Shown here: positions 16,263 through 25,616 of the stretch, piece by piece
How the letters are laid out: each line of letters begins with the position of its first letter
How positions within the stretch are numbered: position 1 is the first letter of the stretch
Origin: an uncultured Rhodospirillaceae bacterium
GTDB lineage: Bacteria > Pseudomonadota > Alphaproteobacteria > JAEULC01
Direction of reading: 5' to 3'
Length of the DNA stretch: 53,854 nt
Assembly (NCBI GenBank): GCA_964393375.1
Contig: CAYMTM010000003.1
Coordinates: 1-53,854 of the forward strand
Translations under genes and position numbers: made by a program
Notes under the pieces: generated by a model
Told to the model about the DNA's origin: nothing
Database searches by the model: none
What the model saw: the letters and a program-made list of their open reading frames with translations, nothing else

Positions 16263-16673
16263 ATGATCGACTTGTCGCAATTGCGGATCGGCATGACGGG
16301 CACGGCCGAACTGCGCGTCGGGCCCGAGCACACCGCGCCGCGCGTGGGCAGCGGCAAGATCGCCGTGCTCGCCACGCCCATCATGATCAACGTGATCGAG
16401 GCGGCGGCGCTGGCGACGGTCGAGCATCTGCTGCCCGCGGGCCATCAGAGCCTCGGCACCCATCTCGACGTGCGCCATTTCGCCGCCACGCCGGTCGGCA
16501 TGCGCGTGGCCGCCACGGCGGAGCTCGTCGCCATCGACGGCCGCACGCTGACCTTCAAGGTCGCGGCGCGCGACGACAAGGAGCTGATCGGCGACGGCAC
16601 GCACCGGCGCGTCGTCGTCAACGTCGGGCGGTTCGACCAGCGCGTGCGGCGCAAGCTCAACGCCGGCTCTTGA
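16263..16673 (+). CDS. hotdog-fold thioesterase (FlK-like family)
   Basis: Start at MIDLSQL within track ORF 16128..16673. Pattern GKIAVLATPIMINVIEAAA…HLDVRHFAATPVGM matches this family. Confidence 0.7.
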   Translation: MIDLSQLRIGMTGTAELRVGPEHTAPRVGSGKIAVLATPIMINVIEAAALATVEHLLPAGHQSLGTHLDVRHFAATPVGMRVAATAELVAIDGRTLTFKVAARDDKELIGDGTHRRVVVNVGRFDQRVRRKLNAGS

Positions 16674-16749
16674 TCCCCGAGTCCTGACGCCACCGGGCGT
16701 TTTGCGCTAGTATCGGCGATCTTCGCGCGGGCGGGCGAGGGGGCGCGCC

Positions 16750-18803
16750 ATGGCGAGACGAGACGCGGCGGCTGCAGCACCGGCGGCGAAAGCAACCGAC
16801 AGGTCGGCATCCCTGGTCGAGGCGGGGCTGGATGCGCTGAGCTTCGGCTTCGCCATCTTCGACCGCGAGCTGAAGCTGGTGACGTGCAACCGGACCTTCG
16901 GCGTGCTGCGCGGCTACCCGGGCGCAATGTGCCGGCCGGGCACCGACATCATCGAGTTCTACCGCTTCAACGCCGAACGCGGCGACTATGGCCCGGGCGA
17001 CCCCGAGGCCCAGGCGCGCTCCAGGGTCGAGCGGGTGCGCCAGCGCCGGCCGCACGAGCTGGAATACGAACTCGACACCGGGCGTATTCTCAACGTCCAG
17101 TACACGCCCATCGCCCATGGCGGGCTGATGCTCACCTATGCCGACATCACCGAGCGCAAGCGGGCCGAGCTGGACGTCGCGCGCAGGGAATCCGAGCTGC
17201 ACGTCGCCATGGACAACATGGCCGGCGCGCTCGCCTATACCGACGACGACCTCAACGTCGTGTTCTGCAACGACCGCTTCGCCGAGATGTACCCGGCGCC
17301 GCGCGAATTGCTGCAGCGCGGGCGGTCCTATCCGGGCTTCCTGCGCTACCTGGCCGAGCACGGCTACTACGGCGAGGGGGACATCGACCAGCTGGTTGCG
17401 CTGCGGGTGGCGAGCCTGCGCAATCCCAGCGGCAAGAGCTTCGAGGATCGCACGCCCGACGGCCGCATCTACGAGATAAACCGCCGCCGCGCGGCCCAGG
17501 GCGGCACGGTCACGGTCATCACCGACATCACCCGGCTCAAGCGCGCGGAGGCGGAGGCGGCGCGCAGGAGGCGCAGCTCCACGTCGCGCTCGACAACATG
17601 GCGGGCGCGCTCGCCTATACCGACGACGATCTCAACATCGTGGTGTGCAACAACCGCTTCGCCGAGATGTACCGCGCGCCGAAGGAGCTGCTTCGGCCCG
17701 GCCGGCCGTATCCGGATTTCCTGCGCTATTTGGCCGAGCAAGGCTATTACGGCGAGGGCGACATCGATACGCTGGTGGCAAGGCGCGTGGAAAGCCTGCG
17801 CAACCCCTCGGGCAAGGAGTTCGAGGACCGCACGCCCGACGGCCGCACCTACCGCGTGCTGCGCCGGCGTGCCGAAGCCGGGGGCACCGTCACGGTCATC
17901 ACCGACATCACCGAGCTCAAGCGCACCGAGCAGAATCTCCTGGAGGCCAAGCGGCGCGCCGAGGAGGCCAACCGGGAAGTGGCGGCGAAGAACCGCACGC
18001 TGGAGCAGCTCTCCGCCAAGCTGTCGAAATACCTCGCGCCGCAGATCTACAAGTCGATCTTCAGCGGCGAGAGGAACGTCGAGGTGGCGGCCCAGCGCAA
18101 GAAGCTGACCGTGTTCTTCTCGGACATCGCGGGTTTCACCGAGACCACCGACATGCTGGAGTCCGAGGAGCTGACGGCGCTCCTGAACCAGTACCTGCGC
18201 GAGATGTCGGCGATCGCGCTGGAATACGGGGCCACGATCGACAAGTTCATCGGCGACGCCATCATGCTGTTCTTCGGCGACCCCGAGACGAAGGGCGCGC
18301 GCGAGGATGCGCTGGCCTGCGTCAAGATGGCGATCGCCATGCAGCAGCGCATGCGCGACCTGCAGGCGGAGTGGCGCGAGCGCGGCCAGGAGCACGTCTT
18401 CCAGCTCCGCATCGGCATCAACACCGGCTATTGCACGGTGGGAAACTTCGGCAGCGACGAGCGGGTCGACTACACCATCATCGGCAACGAGGTAAACTTG
18501 GCCTCGCGCCTGCAATCGCATGCTGATCTGGGCGGTATCCTCCTGGCGCACGAAACCTATTCGCTGGTCAAGGACGCGGTGCTGACCGAGGAGACCGGCA
18601 CCATTACCGTCAAGGGCTTCCCGCGCCCGGTGCGCACCCACCGCGTCGTGGGCCTGATGGACGGGACCGACGTCCAGGGCCGGATCATCCGCCAGGAGCA
18701 GGAGGGGCTGCTGCTGGTCATCGACCAGAAGAAGCTGACCCCCGAGAGCCGGGCCGACGCCATCCGCCTGCTCGAGGAGGCCGCGGGGCGGCTCAAGAGT
18801 TGA
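16750..18803 (+). pseudogene. triple-PAS adenylate/guanylate cyclase interrupted by a 1-nt frameshift near 17567
   Basis: Track ORFs 16750..18108 and 16884..18803 carry, in two frames, consecutive homologous PAS-like modules and then a class III cyclase domain (FFSDIAGFT…GDAIMLFFG…IGINTG…GNEVNLASRL). Confidence 0.8.
17181..17930 (+). repeat. tandem duplication of a PAS-module-sized unit (17181-17550 and 17561-17930)
   Basis: The units align at an offset of 381 nt before the G-run at 17567-17568 (17186-17188 in unit 2) and 380 nt after it. Long identical stretches include GCGCTCGCCTATACCGACGACGA and AACCGCTTCGCCGAGATGTACC. Confidence 0.75.
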
Positions 18804-18852
18804 CGCGCCCGCGCCCCGCCGCCGAATCGCCGCAAAACAATGCGCCGATTGC

Positions 18853-18868
18853 TGTGATGCCGATCACA
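18853..18868. promoter_or_regulatory. perfect CRP/Clp-type palindrome TGTGA-TGCCGA-TCACA
   Basis: Read directly. Intergenic, 50 nt after the cyclase stop and about 130 nt before higA. Confidence 0.4.
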
Positions 18869-18994
18869 GAACCCTTGGTCGCGCGCGGCTATCCCTTGTC
18901 CCCTGCCGGGCACGCGCGGGAACACGTGGTCGGGGGGCGGGAGCCAGCCATGCCGCATGACGCGCGCGCGACATTCCTGGCCTAGTGGGGGGCC

Positions 18995-19255
18995 ATGGCC
19001 AAGCGTGCGACGCCGCGACCGACCGAAATCCTGAAGGCGGTGATGGACCGCAAGGGGATCGGCATCTCGGACATGGCCAAGAGCCTGGGCGTCAGCCGCC
19101 AGCAGGTTTACTACCTGTTGGACGGGCGCGTGCGGCTGACCGCCGACATGGCGGTACGCTTCGAGCGCGCCTTCGGCCTGCGCGCCGAACACCTGATGCG
19201 CCTGCAGCTCAAGCTCGACCTCGACCAGGCCCGCCGGGCGGCCGAGGAAGCCTAG
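18995..19255 (+). CDS. higA: HigA-family antitoxin-like HTH protein (no cognate toxin seen)
   Basis: 86 aa. [37 protein letters not shown] is typical of HigA/VapI. Confidence 0.8.
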   Translation: MAKRATPRPTEILKAVMDRKGIGISDMAKSLGVSRQQVYYLLDGRVRLTADMAVRFERAFGLRAEHLMRLQLKLDLDQARRAAEEA

Positions 19256-19314
19256 CATCCCAACCAGCCGCGCGCTCTGCTAGGCTCGTCGACCTGATCG
19301 GCGGGGAGGGGAGC

Positions 19315-20181
19315 ATGGCGATCGAGAAGCGCCCGTTTGGCCGCACCGGGCATCAGAGCTCGGCCGTTATCTTCGGCGCGGCGGCGCTGGCGCGCGTCGA
19401 CCAGGCCACGGCCGACCGCGTGCTCGACCTGCTCTTGGAATACGACGTCAACCACATCGACACCGCTGCGCGCTACGGCGACAGCGAGCTGCGCATCGGG
19501 CCGTGGATGGACCGGCATCGACGGCGCTTTTTCCTGGCGACCAAGACCGGGGACCGCGACTATGCCGGCGCGCGCGACAGCATCCGCCGTTCGCTCGACC
19601 GGCTGCGCACCGACCGCATCGACCTGATCCAGCTCCACGCGCTGTTCCATCCCGACGAGTGGGACAAGGCGCTCGGGCCCGGCGGCGCGCTCGATGCCTG
19701 CATCGAGGCGCGCGAGCAGGGGCTGGTTCGCTTCATCGGCGTGACCGGCCATGGCTGGACGGTCGCCGCCATGCATCGCCGCAGCCTGGAGCGCTTCGAC
19801 TTCGATTCGATCCTGCTTCCGTGGAACTGGTTCGCCGCCCAGCACCAGACCTACGCGCCGGATTTCGAGCGGACGGTCGCGCTGGCGCAGTCGCGCAACG
19901 TGGCGGTGCAGACGATCAAGGGCGTCGCGCGCGGGCCCTGGGCAGCCGGCGCCCGCCGGGATCGCGCCACCTGGTACCAGCCGCTGGACGCGATGGACGA
20001 CATCCGCCCGGCCGTGCACTGGGTCTTGAGCCGGCCGGGCGTGTTCCTGCTCTCGGCCGGCGATGTCGGCCTGCTGCCACTGGTGCTGAAGGCCGCCGCC
20101 GAGCCCGTCGTCCAGCCCAGCATCGAGGCGATGACCCAGCTCAACCAGCGCACGAACCTGTCGTCGATCTTCGGGCTGTAA
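19315..20181 (+). CDS. aldo/keto reductase
   Basis: Start at [12 protein letters not shown] (GGGGAG upstream) within track ORF 18985..20181. HIDTAARYG and IDLIQLH motifs. Confidence 0.85.
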   Translation: MAIEKRPFGRTGHQSSAVIFGAAALARVDQATADRVLDLLLEYDVNHIDTAARYGDSELRIGPWMDRHRRRFFLATKTGDRDYAGARDSIRRSLDRLRTDRIDLIQLHALFHPDEWDKALGPGGALDACIEAREQGLVRFIGVTGHGWTVAAMHRRSLERFDFDSILLPWNWFAAQHQTYAPDFERTVALAQSRNVAVQTIKGVARGPWAAGARRDRATWYQPLDAMDDIRPAVHWVLSRPGVFLLSAGDVGLLPLVLKAAAEPVVQPSIEAMTQLNQRTNLSSIFGL

Positions 20182-20187
20182 CCGCAC

Positions 20188-21042
20188 CTACCGCGCCACG
20201 ACCTTGCGGTAGAGGTGCCAGGTCGCATGGCCCAGCACCGGCATCACCACGATCAGGCCGAGCAGCGCCGGGATCGAGCCCAGCACCAGCCCGCCCGCCA
20301 CGATCAGCCCCCAGGCCGCCATCGGCACCGGGTTCTCCATCACCGCGCGCACCGAGGTCATGACCGCCGTGCGCAGCGGCACGTCGCGGTCGAGCAGCAT
20401 CGGGAACGACACCACGCTGATCACCAGCACCAGCAGCGCGAAAAGAAAACCCACGCCCATGCCGACGGCGATCATCGCCCAGCCGGCGGGCGTCGCGAAA
20501 ATGCTGTGGGCGAACGCCGCAGTCGATTCCGGCGGCTTGGGCCCCAGGGTCAGGTCGTAGATCCATAGCGCGGCGATCAGCCATACCGCGTAGATCAGAA
20601 GCAGGATCAGCCCCAGCGCCAGGATCGACCCGAAGGAATGCGAGCGCACGACCGCGAACGCGTCGGGCAGCGCCACATGGCGGCCCTCCTCGCGCCGCCG
20701 GCTGATCTCGTAGAGCGAGATGCCCGCCAGCGGGCCCACCAGCGCGAAGCCGGCGGCGAGCGGGAAAACCAGTGGCAGCATCTCGAAGTCGACCGCGACC
20801 CGCCACAGCACCATGCCCGCAACCGGATAGATCAGGCACAGGAAGATGATGTCGGTGCGGCAGGCCGCGAAATCGGCGAAACCCCTGGCCAGCGCGTCCT
20901 TGAGATCGGCGACGGTGATGCGCCGGATCGCCGGCGCGGTCTTGGCCTCCTCCTCGCCGATGGCGTGCGCGGCCGACCCCACGGCGGCGCCGGCCAGCCG
21001 AACCTGGTCCACCCCCCATTCGACGGGATTGCGTATGGTCAT
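20188..21042 (-). CDS. DUF2189-like integral membrane protein
   Basis: 284 aa, multi-TM. N-terminal pattern ITVADLKDALARGFADF…DIIFLCLIYP recalls DUF2189. Confidence 0.6.
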   Translation of the reverse strand: MTIRNPVEWGVDQVRLAGAAVGSAAHAIGEEEAKTAPAIRRITVADLKDALARGFADFAACRTDIIFLCLIYPVAGMVLWRVAVDFEMLPLVFPLAAGFALVGPLAGISLYEISRRREEGRHVALPDAFAVVRSHSFGSILALGLILLLIYAVWLIAALWIYDLTLGPKPPESTAAFAHSIFATPAGWAMIAVGMGVGFLFALLVLVISVVSFPMLLDRDVPLRTAVMTSVRAVMENPVPMAAWGLIVAGGLVLGSIPALLGLIVVMPVLGHATWHLYRKVVAR

Positions 21043-21211
21043 CGTGATCCTCCTGAACTGGTGGTTCCGGGGATCGCTAAGCCGCCGGTGTCGTCACCGC
21101 CTTGGCCCTGTCGCCACAGCGGCCGGCATCGACGAAGCGAGCCCCGACCTGCAGCTTCATCAAGCATACGCCCATCGGCGGGGCGGCGTCACCATGGAAG
21201 GATCGACGCGG

Positions 21212-21604
21212 CTACTTGCCTAGATTCTTGATGCAGTCCTTGCACTCAAGGCTCGAGATGATTTTCGTCCCCAAGGTCAAGACGTGCTGTCGCTGACTCA
21301 AGATGCTTTGCAAGTTGAGCATTTGCAGTTCCGAACCCCCGGGCAAGTCCAATTCCGGGCGCCCGGTAGTTCCGGCGGCGACGCCCGGCATCGTCGCCGG
21401 TCTGGGCGCCGCGACGACGCGTCCGGCCATGCTCGTCTGAGCGGCAACGGGCGGCAGGGCCCCTTTCGCGCCGGCCGGCACCTTGGCAGCCGCGATGGCG
21501 GCTGCATTTGGGGTAGCGAAGGCGCGAGCGGGATCGGCGGCGTACGCCGCGCTCGCGGTCAGGAGCGCCGCGACGGACGCGGCAATGAACGTGCGGAATG
21601 ACAT
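21212..21604 (-). CDS. secreted hypothetical protein
   Basis: Signal peptide MSFRTFIAASVAALLTASAAYA. Ala/Pro-rich middle. C-terminal CKDC. Confidence 0.55.
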   Translation of the reverse strand: MSFRTFIAASVAALLTASAAYAADPARAFATPNAAAIAAAKVPAGAKGALPPVAAQTSMAGRVVAAPRPATMPGVAAGTTGRPELDLPGGSELQMLNLQSILSQRQHVLTLGTKIISSLECKDCIKNLGK

Positions 21605-21678
21605 GCGAATTCTCCAGGATTGATTGCGCGGGCGCGCGCGCCACTTTGCCGACGATAGGCGTAGCGGCGCTTCCCGTC

Positions 21679-21694
21679 CGTGAGATGGATCACT
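21679..21694. promoter_or_regulatory. imperfect CRP-like dyad cGTGA-GATGGA-TCACt
   Basis: 8/10 match to TGTGA-N6-TCACA, about 80 nt upstream of the secreted-protein gene start (21604). Confidence 0.2.
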
Positions 21695-21710
21695 GAATTT
21701 TCGCCACCCG

Positions 21711-22913
21711 CTATCGCTCCTCCGGCGGCTTCACGTGGCGGAACTGGTGGAGCAGCAGCAGGTCGTAGGCGATCTTGAGCACGCCGCAGAGAACCAACGG
21801 CAGCGCCAGGTATGCGGCGGCGAACATTGCGCCGCTGATGCTGGGGCTGACGGCCGAGGCCAGGCTGCGCGGCACCGAGGTGACGCTGGCCGCCGCCGGG
21901 CGTTCGGCCTCGCTCACCACCGCCATCACGTAGGAGGAGCGGGTCGGCACGTCCATCTGCGAGAGCGCGGCGCGCACCAGCAGAAGGCCCAGCGCGACAG
22001 CGAGGTCGGACACGAAGGCGGCCGCGATCAGCGCCACGCTCGAGGGGATGTGGGTCCACACCATCGTGTTGACCAGGCCGATATGCCTGGCGAGCCAGGC
22101 CGCCACGGGCAGCGAGAAGGCCGACAGCACGCCGGCCCAGAAGAAGAACAGGCTGGCGGCGCTGAGCGAAAGCTCGAAGCGTTCGAACAGCCACAACGCC
22201 AACAGCGACTGCACGGTCAGCCCGCCGGCAAACGCGTCGATCGCGAACAGCCCGGCCAGCTTGTAGACGATGCGCTTGGAGGGGCCGAGCGGCGGCGCGG
22301 GCTTCCCGGCTTCCGCGTGCGCGGGCGCCGGGATGCGGGCATAGGCAAGCGCGATCAGCAGGCCCAGCAGCGCATAGAGCACGAACATCGCCTTGACCGC
22401 ACCGAGCTGGCCGAGACCGAGCGGGGCCATGAAGTCGGGCGCGGCGGCCGACAGCGCGCCCAGCGCGCCCGCGGCCTGGCCGAAGAAGCTGTAGCGCGCG
22501 AAGGCGGCGGTGCGGTCCTTGGCGGCGACCCGGCCGCTCAGGACCGCGTGCTCCAGCGGCACGAAGATGCTGACATTGCCGGCGGTGGGATTGGCCGTGC
22601 CGGCGAAGGCCACCACCAGCAGCACGGCGTAGTCGTGCACCATCGCAAAGGCTACGCCGGTGGCGATCATCAGATTGGCCGCCGCCAGCAGCAGGCGGCG
22701 CTGGCCGAGCCTGCCGCCCAGCATGCCGATCGCGAGCGTCATCAAGGCCGAGCCCAGCAGGGCGGCGGTGGCGATGACGCCCACGGCGAGCGGCGAGAAG
22801 CCGAGCTGCGTCAGGTAGACCGGCAGCAGGATGGCGACGAACCCGTCGCCGAAATCGCGCAGCGCGCGGCCCAGGACCAGCGGCGCGATGGCCTTTGTGC
22901 CTGCGGAATCCAT
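21711..22913 (-). CDS. MFS transporter
   Basis: 400 aa with about 12 TM segments. Confidence 0.85.
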   Translation of the reverse strand: MDSAGTKAIAPLVLGRALRDFGDGFVAILLPVYLTQLGFSPLAVGVIATAALLGSALMTLAIGMLGGRLGQRRLLLAAANLMIATGVAFAMVHDYAVLLVVAFAGTANPTAGNVSIFVPLEHAVLSGRVAAKDRTAAFARYSFFGQAAGALGALSAAAPDFMAPLGLGQLGAVKAMFVLYALLGLLIALAYARIPAPAHAEAGKPAPPLGPSKRIVYKLAGLFAIDAFAGGLTVQSLLALWLFERFELSLSAASLFFFWAGVLSAFSLPVAAWLARHIGLVNTMVWTHIPSSVALIAAAFVSDLAVALGLLLVRAALSQMDVPTRSSYVMAVVSEAERPAAASVTSVPRSLASAVSPSISGAMFAAAYLALPLVLCGVLKIAYDLLLLHQFRHVKPPEER

Positions 22914-23018
22914 GCTACCTCCAAGGCGGCCCTGGGCCGCCGGCCGGTAGCAGAGCTTGGACGCCGAAGCGTCTTCGCAAGCGGGGGGTCTGCCGGTGCC
23001 CCCGCGCCCCGGAGCCTA

Positions 23019-24410
23019 TCACGCCGCCGAGGCGGGCAGCTCCTCTTCCGCCTTCATGAGCTGCAGCGCGGCGCGGAAGCCCGCGACGGTGCGCTCGAGC
23101 TCCGCCTCGCCATGCGTGGCCGAGACCACGCCGCTCAGCTTGCCGTTGAAGTCGATGCCGTTGACCAGCAGCGCCAGGCGGAACTTCTGCGCCAGCGGCT
23201 TGGGATTGGCGGTCAGCTCGCGATAGTCGACCTTGAGCGGGTCGAAGCGCGTGGGGTCGATCCGGCGGCCCTTGGCATTGAGGAACATGTGGAAGCCGCT
23301 GTAGTCGCCGTAGACGGCCCAGGAGGCGCCGACGCGCGCCAGCTCCTCGTTCAGCGCCGCGCGCATCTTCTGCCCATAGTCGTTGGCGCGCGCACAGGCG
23401 TCGGTCGTGCCGATGATGCCGAGCGCCGCGATGCCGGCCGCGGCGGAGACGGGATTGGCGTTGTAGGTGCCGGGATGGGCGATCTTCTCGCGCTGCTTCG
23501 CCGCGGTCGCCCTGAAATCGAGCTCGTCCAGGATCTCGCGCCGCCCCGCGACCGCCCCGCCCGGCAGGCCGCCGGCGAGGATCTTGGCGAGGCTGGTCAG
23601 GTCGGGCGTGATCTTGTAGACGGCCTGCGCGCCGCAGGGGGAAACGCGGAAGCCGGTAACCACCTCATCGAAGATCAGCACGGCGCCCGCCCTCGCGGTT
23701 TCCTCGCGCAGCGCGGCCACGAAGTCGCGGGTGTGCGGCACCATGCCGAAGCTGGCGCCGGTGGGCTCGAGGATCGCGGCGGCGATGTCGTTGCGGCCCC
23801 GGAACGCCGCGCGCATCGCCTGGATATCGCCCGGCGGCAGCAGGATCGTGCTGTCGGCGATCCCCTGCACCACGCCCGCGGTCGGCGTGCCGTCGAAATG
23901 CGAGCTGTGGCCGGCCGTCATGTGGTCGTGCCAGCCGTGGAAATGCGTCATGAAGCGGACCAGGAAGCGCTTGCCGGTATAGGCGCGCGCCAAGCGCAAC
24001 GCCATCAACGTCGCCTCGGTGCCCGACGACGTGAACCGCACCCGCTCCGCCGAGGGCACGAGTTCGGTCACGAGCTTCGCCCAGCGCACCTCGTCGGGGT
24101 GGTTGGCGCCGAAATGCGTGCCCCGACGGAGTGCTGCCTGCGTGGCTTCCAGCACCTGCGGGTGGTTGTGGCCGAGCAGCAGGGCGCCGTGGCCGCCGAA
24201 ATAGTCGACGTATTCGTTGCCGTCGACGTCCCACTTGCGCGGGCCCTGCGCACGCTCCACGTAGATGCCGTAGGGATCGCACAGACGGGAATCGTGGGTA
24301 ATGCCGCTGGGCAGCAGGCGCTGCGCCTCCTCGGCCAGCCGCGCCGATCCCGGCGTGCGCTCGCGATAGGCGGCGACGATCTTGGAGTTGGTCAGTACCT
24401 GGTCGGGCAT
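23019..24410 (-). CDS. class III (aspartate aminotransferase family) PLP-dependent aminotransferase
   Basis: 463 aa. GGHGALLLGH, FTSSGTEA, IFDEVVTGFR and LAKILAGGLPGGA motifs. Confidence 0.9.
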   Translation of the reverse strand: MPDQVLTNSKIVAAYRERTPGSARLAEEAQRLLPSGITHDSRLCDPYGIYVERAQGPRKWDVDGNEYVDYFGGHGALLLGHNHPQVLEATQAALRRGTHFGANHPDEVRWAKLVTELVPSAERVRFTSSGTEATLMALRLARAYTGKRFLVRFMTHFHGWHDHMTAGHSSHFDGTPTAGVVQGIADSTILLPPGDIQAMRAAFRGRNDIAAAILEPTGASFGMVPHTRDFVAALREETARAGAVLIFDEVVTGFRVSPCGAQAVYKITPDLTSLAKILAGGLPGGAVAGRREILDELDFRATAAKQREKIAHPGTYNANPVSAAAGIAALGIIGTTDACARANDYGQKMRAALNEELARVGASWAVYGDYSGFHMFLNAKGRRIDPTRFDPLKVDYRELTANPKPLAQKFRLALLVNGIDFNGKLSGVVSATHGEAELERTVAGFRAALQLMKAEEELPASAA

Positions 24411-24627
24411 GGGCGTCCGATCGCATTCGGGGATGGAAGATCGGACGCAACGTTAGTGGAACGCGCGCGGCCGCGCCAGGGGCGCAGCCATGCTGGCGAT
24501 GCAACCGGGGATCGCGGTCGGGAAAGAAGGAGAAGGGATCCGGTGCGCCGGGGGGACACTATGCTGACAACAGCCGGATCCCTTCTCGCTGCGCGGCGCT
24601 GTTCCAAGCCGCCGTGCAAGCCCGCAT

Positions 24628-25194
24628 CTAGGGTCGAAGCCCGCCGCCCTCCGGCGCCGCCGTGCCGGGATGCGCGACGGCGGCGATCGGAACCGCCATC
24701 GCGTCGCCATAGCCGACGCTGAGCTCGCAGCCCGCGAAGTGGATGGCGCATTGCCCGGCGAGAAAGGCCTTGCGGGTGACGACGCCCGGCTCGATGCGGC
24801 CGCACTCGCCGGCGAAGCCGGGAAAATCCACCTCGACGTTCACGAAGAAGTCGCGCGTGGGCAGGGGCGCCATCAGCGCGCGCTGCACCTCGTCCATCGC
24901 GTCGTCGCCCAGACCCAGCACGACGTGGACCGTGTTGCCCAGGCAGTAGAGGCAGCCGTCCGCGTCGGCAGCCGGCGCGTTGCGCCGCCGGGCGGCGGCA
25001 GCCGCATCGTCCCGGATCGCGCGGATCAGCAGGTCGTCGCGCCGGACCACCTCGAGAAATGCCGCGAATACCGGCCGCGGCTCCTCCGGTCCGATCGGGC
25101 CCTCCAGCCATGCGCAGCCGGCAAACGGCAGCAGAAGCCGGTCGCCCTGGCGAATCTCGATATGCGACAGCCCGCCGCGGAAATGCCAACGCAT
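24628..25194 (-). CDS. hypothetical protein
   Basis: Start at MRWHFRGG within track ORF 24628..25608. The upstream part of that ORF is Arg-rich shadow sequence. Confidence 0.45.
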   Translation of the reverse strand: MRWHFRGGLSHIEIRQGDRLLLPFAGCAWLEGPIGPEEPRPVFAAFLEVVRRDDLLIRAIRDDAAAAARRRNAPAADADGCLYCLGNTVHVVLGLGDDAMDEVQRALMAPLPTRDFFVNVEVDFPGFAGECGRIEPGVVTRKAFLAGQCAIHFAGCELSVGYGDAMAVPIAAVAHPGTAAPEGGGLRP

Positions 25195-25301
25195 CGCTTG
25201 GCTCCTGTGCTGGGTCTTGACGGCAACGCACGCGGCGCCGCGAGGTCCCGCGCGCCGCCATGCGCGCAAGTTCTGCCGGAGCGCGGTCGCAGCGGCGGCG
25301 G

Positions 25302-25487
25302 TCAGCCGCCGCTGCCGACGACCGAGGAAAGTGCGCTGGAAACCTTGCCGAAAAGACCGCCGAGCGAGGTGCCCATGGACTGCAGCGAGACGATCGCCGC
25401 GACGGACACGAGGGCCGCGATCAGCCCGTACTCGATGGCGGTGGCGCCGGTATCGTCGGCGGCGAACTTGCGGATCATCCTGATCAT
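25302..25487 (-). CDS. Flp family type IVb pilin
   Basis: 61 aa. DDTGATAIEYGLIAALVSVA Flp motif. Confidence 0.9.
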   Translation of the reverse strand: MIRMIRKFAADDTGATAIEYGLIAALVSVAAIVSLQSMGTSLGGLFGKVSSALSSVVGSGG

Positions 25488-25600
25488 GGTGTCCTCCTAC
25501 CTGGCGGACGGCGCACACCGCGGTCCCTGCGACCGCATTCGCCGTGTGCTCGAAAAACCTAGGACAATATTCGCCAAAATGCAAGGCGATTTTGCGGAGA

Positions 25601-25616
25601 TGTGACAAGGGTCACA
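25601..25616. promoter_or_regulatory. perfect CRP/Clp-type palindrome TGTGA-CAAGGG-TCACA upstream of flp
   Basis: Read directly. Centre is about 121 nt upstream of the flp ATG. A second dyad GTGCG-CAAT-CGCAC lies at 25625-25638. Confidence 0.4.

Noticed and set aside
16884-17560. N-terminal 225 aa of track ORF 16884..18803 as genuine coding sequence of a 639-aa cyclase
   Set aside because: This part (MQPDLRRAARLPGRNVPAGHRHHRVLP…) is Arg/Pro/His-rich nonsense out of frame with the clear PAS modules encoded in ORF 16750..18108. Only the part after about 17565 is real.
17560-17572. Programmed ribosomal frameshift at CGC AGG AGG in the cyclase gene
   Set aside because: The required shift is -1, but the site is not an X XXY YYZ slippery heptamer. 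Tandem AGG codons are associated with +1 shifts. The paralogous repeat unit shows a simple one-G loss.
18800-18985. 61-aa ORF upstream of higA as the HigB toxin
   Set aside because: It has no RelE/HigB-like motifs and a Pro/Ala/Arg-rich composition. It contains the CRP-like palindrome, which fits non-coding DNA better.
21735-24722. 995-aa plus-strand ORF
   Set aside because: It is antisense to a clear MFS transporter and a class III aminotransferase. Its composition is dominated by R, A, G, H, Q and D runs. It is a shadow ORF.
24628-25608. Full 326-aa track ORF as a single gene
   Set aside because: The first 138 codons are Arg/His-rich. They run across the flp pilin gene on the same strand in another frame and across the AT-rich regulatory region. 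Only the part from MRWHFRGG (25194) looks coding.
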